DNA from: Candidatus Acidiferrum sp.
Lineage (GTDB): Bacteria > Acidobacteriota > Terriglobia > Acidiferrales > UBA7541
Assembly (NCBI GenBank): GCA_035295625.1
Contig: DATGIS010000105.1
Location: forward strand, 8,074 to 72,073
Direction: 5' to 3'
DNA: 64,000 bases
Shown: positions 49,704-58,707 of the stretch, piece by piece
Position numbering within the stretch: the first letter of the stretch is position 1
How the letters are laid out: each line of letters opens with the position of its first letter
Notes under the pieces: generated by a model
What the model was told of the DNA's origin: nothing
The model's input: only the letters and a program-made list of their open reading frames with translations
Database searches by the model: none
Program-made: the position numbers and the translations under genes

Positions 49704-52016
49704 ATGCTCCGCTTAACGTCCACGCTCCGCTTGCCTCACCTGAACTTCGCAACGCTTTCGCTTGCCTTTTGCTTTCTTGCCGCAATTTTCGATCCGCAGT
49801 CTGCCCAATCGCAGTTCATTCGCCTGCCTTCCGGCAAGGGTGAAATCGTCGAAATCTCCGCTGACGGCCCGCAGCGAAAACAGGGCGACCTCTTCATCGC
49901 CGACAAAAACGTCCTCATCCAATACGGCGGAATTTCGCTCCGCGCCGACCACGTCGAATACAACAATCGCACCCACGACGCGCTCGCAACCGGCCACGTC
50001 ACCTTCGATTACGACAACCAGCACATCGAATCTTCTCAGGCGAACTACAACGTCAGCACCGCTACCGGCAAATTTCACGAAGTACGCGGCGACGTAAAAA
50101 TCTCCCGCCGTCCCAATCCGCTGGTCCTGCTTACCGACAATCCTCTTCACTTCGAAGCCCGCGATGTCGACAAGCTTCCCGGCGACGTCTACATCATTCG
50201 CCAGGCCTGGATTACCGTTTGCGACCCCGAACATCCCAAGTGGCAATTCTTCGCGCGCCGCGCTCGTGTGCGTCTCGATAAAGACGTCGCCCTCGTCAAC
50301 GCAAACTTTCGCTTCTTCCGCGTCCCGCTCCTTTGGTTCCCCTACGCCACGGCCCCCGCCGGGCAGCGCGTTCGCCAATCTGGTTTTCTCATTCCGGATA
50401 TCGGCAACAGCAATCGCAAAGGCTTCATCTTCGGCGACGCCTACTACTGGGCGCCCGCGTCCTGGTTCGATTCCACAATCGGCGCCCAATATCTCAGCAA
50501 ACGCGGCTCCGCCGAACGCGCCGAAATTCGCGCCACGCCCAACGAAAACACCACCTTCAACTACAACTACTACGGCGTCGTCGACCGCGGCTTGCGCGAT
50601 TCGAACGGCGTCTTGCAACCCCAGGGCGGCCACCAGCAGCGCCTTGAAATTCAATCGCTTCTTCCCGGCAACTGGCGCTTTGTCGCCGACTACAATCAGC
50701 TCTCTTCGCTGACGTTCCGTCTCGCGTTCGCCGACGCCTACGGCGACGCTATCAACTCCGAAGTTCGCAGCTCCGTCTTTCTCACCAATAATTTCAAAGG
50801 CTTTAGCCTGAATTTTGCCGCGCTCAATGACAAGAACTTTTTGACCATCAATCCGGAAACCAGCGTCTCCCTGCGCAGCCTTCCCGAAGCCCGCCTCAGC
50901 TCCGTCGAGCAGGCTCCCTGGCGCAATCTGCCCGTTTATCTCAGCTTCGATTCCTACATCGGCGCGTCCAAACGCGACGACGGCACGCTCACCACGGCCG
51001 CGACGGTCCAGCGTACCGAATTCGCGCCACGCGTCACGATCCCCTTGCATCTCGGCGCATGGCTCGGAATCACCGCCACCGGCGCGGTTCGCACCACTCG
51101 CTACGGCGCCTCCCTCGACGCTTTCGGCAATCTCGACGAACAGCCGCTCACCCGCAACGACGGCGAATTCACGCTCGAGCTTCGCCCGCCCACCCTGGAG
51201 CGATTCTTCGATCGTGCGTCGCTCAAAAAAGACAAACCGCGCCATCGTTACAAGCACACCATCGAGCCCGACTTCACCTTCCGCTACGTCGGCGGCATCA
51301 ACGATTTTCAGCGCTTCATCCGTTTTGATTCCGACGCCACGCTCAGCAACACTTCCGAAATCGAATACGGCATCACGCAACGCCTCTTCCTCAAAAGCGG
51401 CGACGATCAGCCTCAGGAACTCGTCTCCTGGCGCGTCGTGCAAAAACATTATTTCGATCCGACCTTCGGCGGCGCCATCGTTGACGGCCAGCGCAATGTC
51501 TTACAGGCCTTCAACTCCATCACGCCTTTCGCCTTCGCCCTCGGTCCCCGCAATTGGTCGCCCATCGTGAGCGACATAAAAATCTCTCCCGGCGAGAAAT
51601 ATGACGCCGAACAGATTCTTGAATACGATTCGCAACTCAAGAAAGTCACTGCCATCGGCACTCTGCTAAAAGTGAAGCCGTACTCGGAATTTTTCGCGAC
51701 GGTCGCGCACTTCCGCTTTCAGGATGACCCGCGCCTCCAGCCTCTCGCCAATCAAGTGCGCGCCCTCTTCGGCTACGGCAGCCTCAATCGCAAAGGCTTC
51801 AACGCCACCGCCGGCATCAGCTACGACATCACCAACGGCGTATTGCAAAACCAGATCGTTCAGGTCAATTACAACGGCGGCTGCTGCGGCATCGCGCTCG
51901 AATATCGCCGCATCAACCTCGGCGCGGTCCGCACCGAAAATCAGTTCCGCGTCGCCTTCATCATCGCCAACCTCGGCACCTTCGGTAACCTCCGCCGCCA
52001 GGAAAAAATCTTTTAG
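49704..52016 (+). CDS. lptD: LPS-assembly protein LptD
   Basis: OstA-like N-domain (LRADHVEY), TVC, RQSGFLIP, C-terminal beta-barrel with CCG. Confidence 0.85.
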   Translation: MLRLTSTLRLPHLNFATLSLAFCFLAAIFDPQSAQSQFIRLPSGKGEIVEISADGPQRKQGDLFIADKNVLIQYGGISLRADHVEYNNRTHDALATGHVTFDYDNQHIESSQANYNVSTATGKFHEVRGDVKISRRPNPLVLLTDNPLHFEARDVDKLPGDVYIIRQAWITVCDPEHPKWQFFARRARVRLDKDVALVNANFRFFRVPLLWFPYATAPAGQRVRQSGFLIPDIGNSNRKGFIFGDAYYWAPASWFDSTIGAQYLSKRGSAERAEIRATPNENTTFNYNYYGVVDRGLRDSNGVLQPQGGHQQRLEIQSLLPGNWRFVADYNQLSSLTFRLAFADAYGDAINSEVRSSVFLTNNFKGFSLNFAALNDKNFLTINPETSVSLRSLPEARLSSVEQAPWRNLPVYLSFDSYIGASKRDDGTLTTAATVQRTEFAPRVTIPLHLGAWLGITATGAVRTTRYGASLDAFGNLDEQPLTRNDGEFTLELRPPTLERFFDRASLKKDKPRHRYKHTIEPDFTFRYVGGINDFQRFIRFDSDATLSNTSEIEYGITQRLFLKSGDDQPQELVSWRVVQKHYFDPTFGGAIVDGQRNVLQAFNSITPFAFALGPRNWSPIVSDIKISPGEKYDAEQILEYDSQLKKVTAIGTLLKVKPYSEFFATVAHFRFQDDPRLQPLANQVRALFGYGSLNRKGFNATAGISYDITNGVLQNQIVQVNYNGGCCGIALEYRRINLGAVRTENQFRVAFIIANLGTFGNLRRQEKIF

Positions 52017-52059
52017 TCCGCGCGACTCGCCTCCGCGCCTGTGTTAAATTTCTTTCTTC

Positions 52060-53466
52060 ATGACCAACCGCGACCTGGCTTTCCTCTCGATCGCTGAACT
52101 CGCCCGCCTTTTCCGCGCTCGCAAACTTTCGCCTGTCGAACTCACAAAACACTTCCTCGATCGCATTGAGCGCCTCAATCCCGACCTCAACGCCTATCTC
52201 ACTGTCACGCCCGACTTGGCGCTCGCTCAGGCCCGCCAAGCCGAAATGGAACTCTGCGGCCCGCGCGGCAAAAAATCCCGCCGCGACCGCGGCCCGCTTC
52301 ACGGCATTCCCATCTCGCTTAAAGACAATATTCACACCGCAGGAATCCGCACCACGGCTGGCGCAAAGTTCCTACACGATTTCATCCCCGAACAAGACGC
52401 CCACGTCGTTTCGAAACTCAAATCCGCCGGCGCCATTATCCTCGGCAAAACCAATCTCCACGAATTCGCTTACGGTGTCACAAGCAACAATCCCCACTAC
52501 GGCCCAACCCGCAATCCGTGGGACACCAATCGCGTTCCCGGAGGCTCCAGTGGCGGCGCCGCAGTTGCCATCGCCGCTGGCCTTTGCGTCGCGGCCATCG
52601 GCACCGACACCGGTGGCTCCATTCGAATTCCCGCGTCCCTCTGCGGCATCGTTGGCTTCAAACCGACTTTGCATCGCGTTTCCGTCGAAGGAGTGATTCC
52701 TTTGTCGCCGACGCTCGATTGTGTCGGCCCGCTCGCTCGTTCGGTCGAAGACGCCGCTCTCGTCCTCGAAGCAATATCCGGTTCGCACAAAGGCGAACCG
52801 CCGCTGCCGTCGAAGAAAAAGAAATTCACGCTCGGCATTCCAAAAGAATTTTTCTTTGACGTCCTGTCTCCCGAAGTCCGCTCCTCTTTCGAAGCGGCGC
52901 TAAAGCTCCTCCGCAAACGCGGCTTCGCCACAAAAGAAATTTCCATCCCGCTCCTCAACAGCACCGAAACCGCCGGCAACAACATCGCCTGGGCCGAAGC
53001 CACCCACTATCACCAAAACATGAACTGGTTCCCAAAAAATTCAGCCGACTACGGCGAAGACGTTCGTGCGCGCCTCGAAATCGGCACCCGCGTCACCGCT
53101 GCCACCTATCTCGAAGCCATGGACCAGCGCGCAGCCTTCCTCGCTCAATTCGCTTCCGCGCTCGCAGAAGCAAACGTCGACGCGCTCGTCGTCCCAACCA
53201 CTCCCATTCCCGCTCCGCTCATTGGCGAAGAATCCACCACCATCGACGGCAAAGATCACGCCACACGCGCGCTTCTCCTTCGCCTCGATCGCCCCGCCAA
53301 CCTCGCCGGCCTCCCTGCCGTCTCTCTTCCCTGCGGCCTCACCAACTCCGGCCTTCCTCTCGGCCTTCAGTTCATCGCCGCCAATTCGGCCGATGCAAAA
53401 CTTCTTTCACTCAGTCAGTCAGCCGAAGCCGTCCTTCCCAAAATAGGCAGGCCGCAACTTGACTGA
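52060..53466 (+). CDS. Amidase-signature family enzyme
   Basis: GIPISLKD, GKTNLHEFA, GGSSGG, GTDTGGSIRIP. Confidence 0.92.
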   Translation: MTNRDLAFLSIAELARLFRARKLSPVELTKHFLDRIERLNPDLNAYLTVTPDLALAQARQAEMELCGPRGKKSRRDRGPLHGIPISLKDNIHTAGIRTTAGAKFLHDFIPEQDAHVVSKLKSAGAIILGKTNLHEFAYGVTSNNPHYGPTRNPWDTNRVPGGSSGGAAVAIAAGLCVAAIGTDTGGSIRIPASLCGIVGFKPTLHRVSVEGVIPLSPTLDCVGPLARSVEDAALVLEAISGSHKGEPPLPSKKKKFTLGIPKEFFFDVLSPEVRSSFEAALKLLRKRGFATKEISIPLLNSTETAGNNIAWAEATHYHQNMNWFPKNSADYGEDVRARLEIGTRVTAATYLEAMDQRAAFLAQFASALAEANVDALVVPTTPIPAPLIGEESTTIDGKDHATRALLLRLDRPANLAGLPAVSLPCGLTNSGLPLGLQFIAANSADAKLLSLSQSAEAVLPKIGRPQLD

Positions 53467-54307
53467 ACCAACGCCGCGTTTCCGCCTTCGCCGCATGTTG
53501 ATCATTCTCGCGGCAACCTATCTCTCTATTCTTCTGCTCCTGCGCATCTTCGAATCGCACCTCATCTTTTTCCCGGACTTTCCTTCCCGTCTCGCAGGCG
53601 ACTGGCATCCCGCCGGCCTTCCGGTTGAAGACGTCTGGATTACTGCCCAAGACGGCGCAAAACTCCATGCCTGGTGGATTCCAGCCGAAAAAGGCAAATT
53701 CACATTCCTCGCGTTTCACGGCAACGCCGGAAACATTTCGGATCGCGCGTATGTCGACCGTTTCCTGCACGAACTTCCAGCAAATGTGTTGGCAGTGGAA
53801 TACCGCGGCTATGGAAAGAGCGAAGGCCAGCCAGGTGAAAAAGACTTTTATCTCGACGCCCAAGCCGCCTTGCGCTACTTGGTGGAAAAACGTGGCATCG
53901 ATCCCGGAACCATCATCTCTTACGGCCAGTCGCTGGGAACCGCCATCGCGACCGATCTCGCATCGAAATCAAAAGTCGGCGGAGTCGTCCTCGAAGCACC
54001 CTTTCCCTCCGTCGCCGCCATGGCAAAACGTGCCTACTGGTTTCTCCCGGGCCTCAGCTTTCTCGCGGGCTCGCAGTTCGATACAAAATCCAAAATCGCA
54101 AAGATCGACGCGCCTTTGCTGCTTGTCCAGTGCACTGCCGATCCCATCATTCCGCCCGATTTAGGCCGCGATGTCTACGCCGCCGCTCAATCGCCAAAAA
54201 CACTTCTGCAATTCGACATCTCATGTCACGAGGAATCGGCCTTGCTCGCGCCGGCGAAATACAAAGCCGCGCTACAGGATTTTCTTGCGAAGACGGACCA
54301 ACGATGA
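53459..54307 (+). CDS. Membrane-anchored alpha/beta hydrolase
   Basis: FHGNAGN, EYRGYG, GQSLG nucleophile, D...H. Confidence 0.88.
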   Translation: MTEPTPRFRLRRMLIILAATYLSILLLLRIFESHLIFFPDFPSRLAGDWHPAGLPVEDVWITAQDGAKLHAWWIPAEKGKFTFLAFHGNAGNISDRAYVDRFLHELPANVLAVEYRGYGKSEGQPGEKDFYLDAQAALRYLVEKRGIDPGTIISYGQSLGTAIATDLASKSKVGGVVLEAPFPSVAAMAKRAYWFLPGLSFLAGSQFDTKSKIAKIDAPLLLVQCTADPIIPPDLGRDVYAAAQSPKTLLQFDISCHEESALLAPAKYKAALQDFLAKTDQR

Positions 54308-54330
54308 GTCGCAGTTGGAGTGGCCGGTCT

Positions 54331-54702
54331 TCAGGCCGGCATTTTCTCTGAGGCGTCGTCAAATCCGGTGCGCGCCTGTTCCACCGTCGGAAACATCCCA
54401 ATGATCTTGTCCACTTTCGTCAGCTTCAAACTGTAATCGATCATCGATTGCGCCCCGGCAATTCGCAGTCCTCCGCCGGACTCCTTGAGCTTCGCTAGAC
54501 ACCGCACAATCGATCCGATCGCCGCGCTGTCCGCATGCGTCACGCCGCTCATATCGAAAATCACGCGCGTCTCGTGCGCTGCAATCATCCCGTCAACTTC
54601 TCGTTCCAGCCGCGCGCATTCCGGCCCGCAGTGAATGTTTCCCTGAATCGTCAGCACCGCCAGCCCCGGCTCCAGTTCGTGTTTTGCGAATTTCAGGATC
54701 AT
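54331..54702 (-). CDS. STAS-domain anti-sigma-factor antagonist
   Basis: FDMSGVTHADSAAIG; LKLTKVD. Confidence 0.85.
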   Translation of the reverse strand: MILKFAKHELEPGLAVLTIQGNIHCGPECARLEREVDGMIAAHETRVIFDMSGVTHADSAAIGSIVRCLAKLKESGGGLRIAGAQSMIDYSLKLTKVDKIIGMFPTVEQARTGFDDASEKMPA

Positions 54703-55016
54703 TTCGATGCGGGCTCCTGCCCCCCAGGCTCGTTGCCATCATACGGAAATTGCCGGATCAGCCGAACGCAGTCTCCCAGCGCCGAAAATAACGATTCTCC
54801 CCATCCACACGGCACAAACGGCGCCACTTTCTGGTTCACTGCTTTGTCTGCCTCCGCATAAAAACGCACCCGCTGCCCCGGCGGCGGCACCGCAAATTCC
54901 TTCACCGTAATCCCAAACGTCACATTTCCCGTCGCCTGCACTTTCACCATCGAAAACTCGTGACGCCGCATCAACTCTTCCGCAGGCGTCGCCTGTAAAT
55001 ACACCCAATCGCTCAT
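54699..55016 (-). CDS. Hypothetical protein
   Basis: MSDWVYLQ...PCGWG...ALGDC; ATGA overlap with the STAS gene. Confidence 0.65.
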   Translation of the reverse strand: MSDWVYLQATPAEELMRRHEFSMVKVQATGNVTFGITVKEFAVPPPGQRVRFYAEADKAVNQKVAPFVPCGWGESLFSALGDCVRLIRQFPYDGNEPGGQEPASK

Positions 55017-55180
55017 TCCGCTCGCCCTCGCTCCGTCCGTCCCACGCCGCGCAAATCCTATTCCCCGCCCCACCCCAAGTCAACGCACCTGTTTACTCTG
55101 TAGGGCTTCGTCGAATGTTCTGTAGCAGCTGCACTGTACCGCCGATTTCGCACAATTTTGGGCAGTCCAAAGCGAGTCGG

Positions 55181-55462
55181 CTATGGCCAACGTTGCGCGC
55201 CATGAAGGATGCGAAGCACCTCGATCGCCTCTCCCTTAATTCTATAGATGGCTAAATAAGGCAAATCCTTCATCACCAGTTCGCGAGTCCCCGATTTTCT
55301 GCCGGCGCGGCCGAGGTTCGGAAATTCTGGTAGTACGTCGGTGGACTCCCAAATCGACAGCGCAACTCGCCGCGCAACTTCTCTGTTACTTCGTTCCTGG
55401 ATATAGTCGGAAATATCGGTGAGGTCGCGTGTAGCCTGCTCCGTCCACCGCAGGTGCATCAA
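55181..55462 (-). CDS. Type II toxin, RelE/ParE family
   Basis: WTEQATRDL...FPNLGRAG...GTRELV...YLAIYRI...LRILHGAQ. Confidence 0.92.
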   Translation of the reverse strand: MMHLRWTEQATRDLTDISDYIQERSNREVARRVALSIWESTDVLPEFPNLGRAGRKSGTRELVMKDLPYLAIYRIKGEAIEVLRILHGAQRWP

Positions 55463-55683
55463 CCGGGATACCGGCGGTCAATCAGTTTGCGTACTTCGTC
55501 GTGCTCAATCAATTCGCCACGGTCGGCTGCCGCTATTCCCTTTTCAACTTCGCCTACGAACCATTGGTCGTAGCTCAACATGCGCTCGACTGCTTCAACA
55601 ACCAGCGCCTCACTCTCGCGGCCTTGTTCGGCCGCCGCGCGCGTCAGCTTCTCCTGCAGTTCCGGATCGAATCGCACTTCCAT
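55459..55683 (-). CDS. Type II antitoxin, CopG/RHH-like
   Basis: MEVRFDPELQEKL...WFVGEVEKGIAAADRGELIEH; overlaps the toxin start. Confidence 0.88.
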   Translation of the reverse strand: MEVRFDPELQEKLTRAAAEQGRESEALVVEAVERMLSYDQWFVGEVEKGIAAADRGELIEHDEVRKLIDRRYPG

Positions 55684-55689
55684 GACGCC

Positions 55690-55718
55690 AGAGTAGGCAA
55701 CCGCATCGACGGTGTCAA
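55690..55718 (-). promoter_or_regulatory. Promoter of the TA operon (leaderless)
   Basis: TTGACA-N17-TACTCT-N6-ATG. Confidence 0.7.
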
Positions 55719-55763
55719 CCTTCCTCACTTGGCAACTTTAGTCAGTTGTAGCGTCGAAATTCC

Positions 55764-55792
55764 TTGACAGTTAGCTAGATAAGTACTATCAT
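55764..55792 (+). promoter_or_regulatory. Near-consensus sigma70 promoter with no credible downstream gene
   Basis: TTGACA-N17-TATCAT. Confidence 0.65.
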
Positions 55793-55865
55793 CAACTGTG
55801 AATTGCGGATCCCCGTCGCCTCTGGGGCGTCGCTGCCCCGTGCGGGATCTTCCCACCCAGTTTTT

Positions 55866-56002
55866 CTCTTCCACTAAACCCTTTAGATTCTGCAGTTACG
55901 CAAAATGCGCCTGTAACTCCTTTATAATCTGCAGTTGCGAAACATTGGACTTAAAGTCCTTTGGAATCTGCAGTTACGAAAAAACCTATACCTACTCCCC
56001 CC
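55866..56002 (+). repeat. Non-coding three-unit repeat element, copy 2 (39 bp period)
   Basis: CTGCAGTT at 55890, 55929 and 55968; palindrome GGACTTAAAGTCC; about 70% identical by hand alignment to the reverse complement of 22496-22608. Confidence 0.85.
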
Positions 56003-56004
56003 GA

Positions 56005-57021
56005 CTAGTACCTGCCTGCCTCGCTTCTCCGCCTCACCAGCCAGCTTCCAATCACATAGCCGAGCGTTCCGGTGGCAACGCCGCCAATCACGTCCGCCAC
56101 ATAATGGTACCGCCCCCAGACCGTCGAAATGCACATGCACAGCGCCAACGGCAGCAGCGTCCAGAACAGCCACCGCCGGTGCCGCCACGCGCCCCACAAC
56201 GCCGCTACCGAACCCGCCACGTGCTCCGACGGAAATGCCGCGCCGCGCACCCGGCCGAAGTGTTCAATAAAATTGATCGTCGCGGTGAATGGCCCGCCCT
56301 GCAGTTCGCCGTGCCACATTCCCGCCATCGCGAACCACGGGCTCTCGATCGGAAAAAACATCGCGATGCAATATCCGATCGCGTATCCCGCCACGGAATA
56401 CGTCATCGTCGCCCAGTACGCTTCCCAGTCGCACCGGTAATACAAAACTCCGCCGACAACCAGCAGGTAAGTGAAGTACGTGATGTATGCGAACTGAAAA
56501 AAATCGTTTCGCGCCGGAGTCGCAAATTGCTCGAGCCAGAGCGCCGGGTGCACTCCCGTCAGCCAGTAATCGAACGCAATCAACTTTGCGTCTTGCCAAC
56601 CCGGATTCACGAGGTGCACAAGTTTTCCAAGTTCTTCAAAGCAAAAAAGAAAAAACAGATGCGGATACCAGTGCCGCCAGAAATGCCAGAAGCGCGTCGC
56701 CAATGTCTCGCCGTGCAATCTCGCCTGCTGCTCGCTGCGCTCTGCAACCCGGCAAAGTCCCAGAATCAGAAACGAGACGAACGCCTGAGTTGCGACAAGT
56801 CGCAGCGGATGCGCCAGATTCCGCGCAAGCAGCGCCATCAATCCGCTCGACGCCGCCAGGTAGCCGAGCGCAATCCACTCAAAGACGCCGCAAGTGCGCC
56901 ACGCCTCCGCAAATTCGTTTTGCAGGATCCGCGCAAGCTCTTGCAGCGCCAAATCTCGCGAACCGACATCCGGCCAGGACAGAACCGCTTCATTGCCCGT
57001 AAATTCCCGCTCCTTCTTCAT
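56005..57021 (-). CDS. PAP2-superfamily membrane enzyme, Aur1/inositol-phosphorylceramide-synthase-like
   Basis: Multiple TM helices; AAFPSEHVA and STVWGRYHYVADV motifs; ATGA overlap with the HAD gene. Confidence 0.85.
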   Translation of the reverse strand: MKKEREFTGNEAVLSWPDVGSRDLALQELARILQNEFAEAWRTCGVFEWIALGYLAASSGLMALLARNLAHPLRLVATQAFVSFLILGLCRVAERSEQQARLHGETLATRFWHFWRHWYPHLFFLFCFEELGKLVHLVNPGWQDAKLIAFDYWLTGVHPALWLEQFATPARNDFFQFAYITYFTYLLVVGGVLYYRCDWEAYWATMTYSVAGYAIGYCIAMFFPIESPWFAMAGMWHGELQGGPFTATINFIEHFGRVRGAAFPSEHVAGSVAALWGAWRHRRWLFWTLLPLALCMCISTVWGRYHYVADVIGGVATGTLGYVIGSWLVRRRSEAGRY

Positions 57022-57737
57022 CGCGCTCTTTCCGGAACCATTTTTGCCAGCTTCCTCTTCGGGCGAACTTCGCGCGCCCACTTTACAATCTCCCACCCTT
57101 GCCGCCGCGCCGTTCGCCGCAACGCCGACTCCGGATTCACCGCAAACGGTTTTCCAACGCTCGCGAGCATCCATTCATCGAGCGCGCCATCGCCATACGC
57201 GCTGCAGTCCGCCAAATTCAATTTCCATTTCTCCGCATACCACCACACCGCAACCGCTTTCGCTTCGCCAAACATTGGCTGCCCAAGTACGTGGCCCGTC
57301 CAGCGCCCATCTTTTCCTTCAATCCGCGTTGCACATACATGGACTTCTGCCGCCAGATTTCGCTTCGCCAATTCGCCTCGAAGCCGCGCCGCAATTTCCT
57401 CGGCAAGAAATTCCAGTGTGCCCGTCACCAGCACGATCCGTTCCCCGTTCGCTGCATGCCACGCAATTCGTTCGATCGCCTCCGAAAAAAACGGCGCATC
57501 GTCTCCCGCGCGATTCGCCCGCAGACCGGTCGAGCGAATCCCCCGCAAATACGCCTTATTCCCCTGCAGCGCGTGCGTCAGGCCATTCGGAACAAGCCGA
57601 GTCAATTCCACAAGCCACGCAATTCCGTTTCGCAACGAAACTTTTCCTTCGCGCCGAAGCGCGCGAAAATATCGCCGTTCCAGCGACGGTTTTTCCAACA
57701 GCGTTCCGTCCACATCGAAAAACGCCGCGCGGTTCAT
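57018..57737 (-). CDS. HAD-IB family phosphatase
   Basis: FFDVDGTL, LVTGT, K, AYGDGALD, AVNP. Confidence 0.88.
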   Translation of the reverse strand: MNRAAFFDVDGTLLEKPSLERRYFRALRREGKVSLRNGIAWLVELTRLVPNGLTHALQGNKAYLRGIRSTGLRANRAGDDAPFFSEAIERIAWHAANGERIVLVTGTLEFLAEEIAARLRGELAKRNLAAEVHVCATRIEGKDGRWTGHVLGQPMFGEAKAVAVWWYAEKWKLNLADCSAYGDGALDEWMLASVGKPFAVNPESALRRTARRQGWEIVKWAREVRPKRKLAKMVPERAR

Positions 57738-58426
57738 GCCGCCTGCCTTGCTAATTTATTTTTGCGAGGCGCCGTCGCGGCAGCTCGCACAAAATATTTC
57801 CAGCCTTCCACCAGCACCGGCAGTCCGCGCACAATACAAAACGCCGCCGTCGTCCACGTCAGCACATTTGCCGTCGCGCGAATCGTCAAGTGCATATCGC
57901 CGGCAACGGTACCAATCAGCGCCACCGGCCCGCGCGTCAGCGCCAGTTCAAGCCCGAGGTAACAAAAGCAAAGACACTTCATCGCAGCATACAAACCCCG
58001 GCTCCAGCGCGACCCAACCAGCGCCCGCCCCCACCACGTTTGCAACATGCTGTTCGCGCCCCACCCGGAGTGCCCCGCCTTCAGCGCCAACCCCCGCAAA
58101 AAATCCGTCGCCGCTCCGCGCGCAAAAAACAAAACCGGCAACCACAGCGAAACCATTCCCACCACAGCGAAGTAGGTGAAATAAACGTTTTCAATCATGC
58201 GATCGCCCAACACATCCAGCTGCGCGCCCAGCGGCGTCGCCATCTGTTTCTTTCGCGCCAGGTGGCCATCTAATGCGTCGAGAGCTATGGCCGCCACCGT
58301 CAACGCCACCGCAAAGAGGTTTGCCCACGTCCCGCGTCCAAAGAGACTTACGGCCGCGAATCCCACGGCCACCCGCAATAGGGTCACCTTGTTCGGCGTC
58401 CACCCCGTGTTGAATAGTCCGGCCAT
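57734..58426 (-). CDS. CDP-alcohol phosphatidyltransferase
   Basis: TPNKVTLLR; DALDGHLAR-x8-G-x3-D-x3-D signature. Confidence 0.92.
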   Translation of the reverse strand: MAGLFNTGWTPNKVTLLRVAVGFAAVSLFGRGTWANLFAVALTVAAIALDALDGHLARKKQMATPLGAQLDVLGDRMIENVYFTYFAVVGMVSLWLPVLFFARGAATDFLRGLALKAGHSGWGANSMLQTWWGRALVGSRWSRGLYAAMKCLCFCYLGLELALTRGPVALIGTVAGDMHLTIRATANVLTWTTAAFCIVRGLPVLVEGWKYFVRAAATAPRKNKLARQAA

Positions 58427-58450
58427 TTCGCAGCTCCGCTACTCGGAGAA

Positions 58451-58466
58451 TGCAACGGGAGTGCCA
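58451..58466 (-). promoter_or_regulatory. Sigma54 (-24/-12) promoter
   Basis: TGGCAC-TCCCG-TTGCA, a full match to TGGCAC-N5-TTGCW, ending 25 nt before the ATG; GGAG RBS follows. Confidence 0.85.
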
Positions 58467-58707
58467 ATGGACGGTCTTGCAAGCGGCTTAGTTTCTTGCG
58501 CTTACAGGTGCACGACGCAGGGGAATAAAAGAGCCGCGCCAGAGGTTTCCGCCAGATGTAAGGCATTTGCCGCGGTTTGCGGTGCGGGGATTTCGCAGCA
58601 AATTATGGGACAATTTCAGGCAGTCGCAGGGGTGCCCGGCAGTCGCGTTGCACTTGCGACAAAATTCGCGGCAGCTTCATCCGATAAGATTCGAGGTTTT
58701 TCAGAAT

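Noticed and set aside
49713-51449. 578-aa minus-strand ORF
   Set aside because: Antisense shadow of lptD.
52060-53466. gatA assignment
   Set aside because: No gatB/gatC adjacent; only generic amidase-signature motifs are visible.
55181-56002. Type III toxin-antitoxin system with repeat RNA antitoxin
   Set aside because: The toxin is RelE/ParE with its own protein antitoxin; the repeats are transcribed divergently and also occur without a toxin.
55798-58179. 793-aa plus-strand ORF
   Set aside because: Antisense to three well-supported lipid genes; Arg/Pro/Ser-rich with no recognisable domain.
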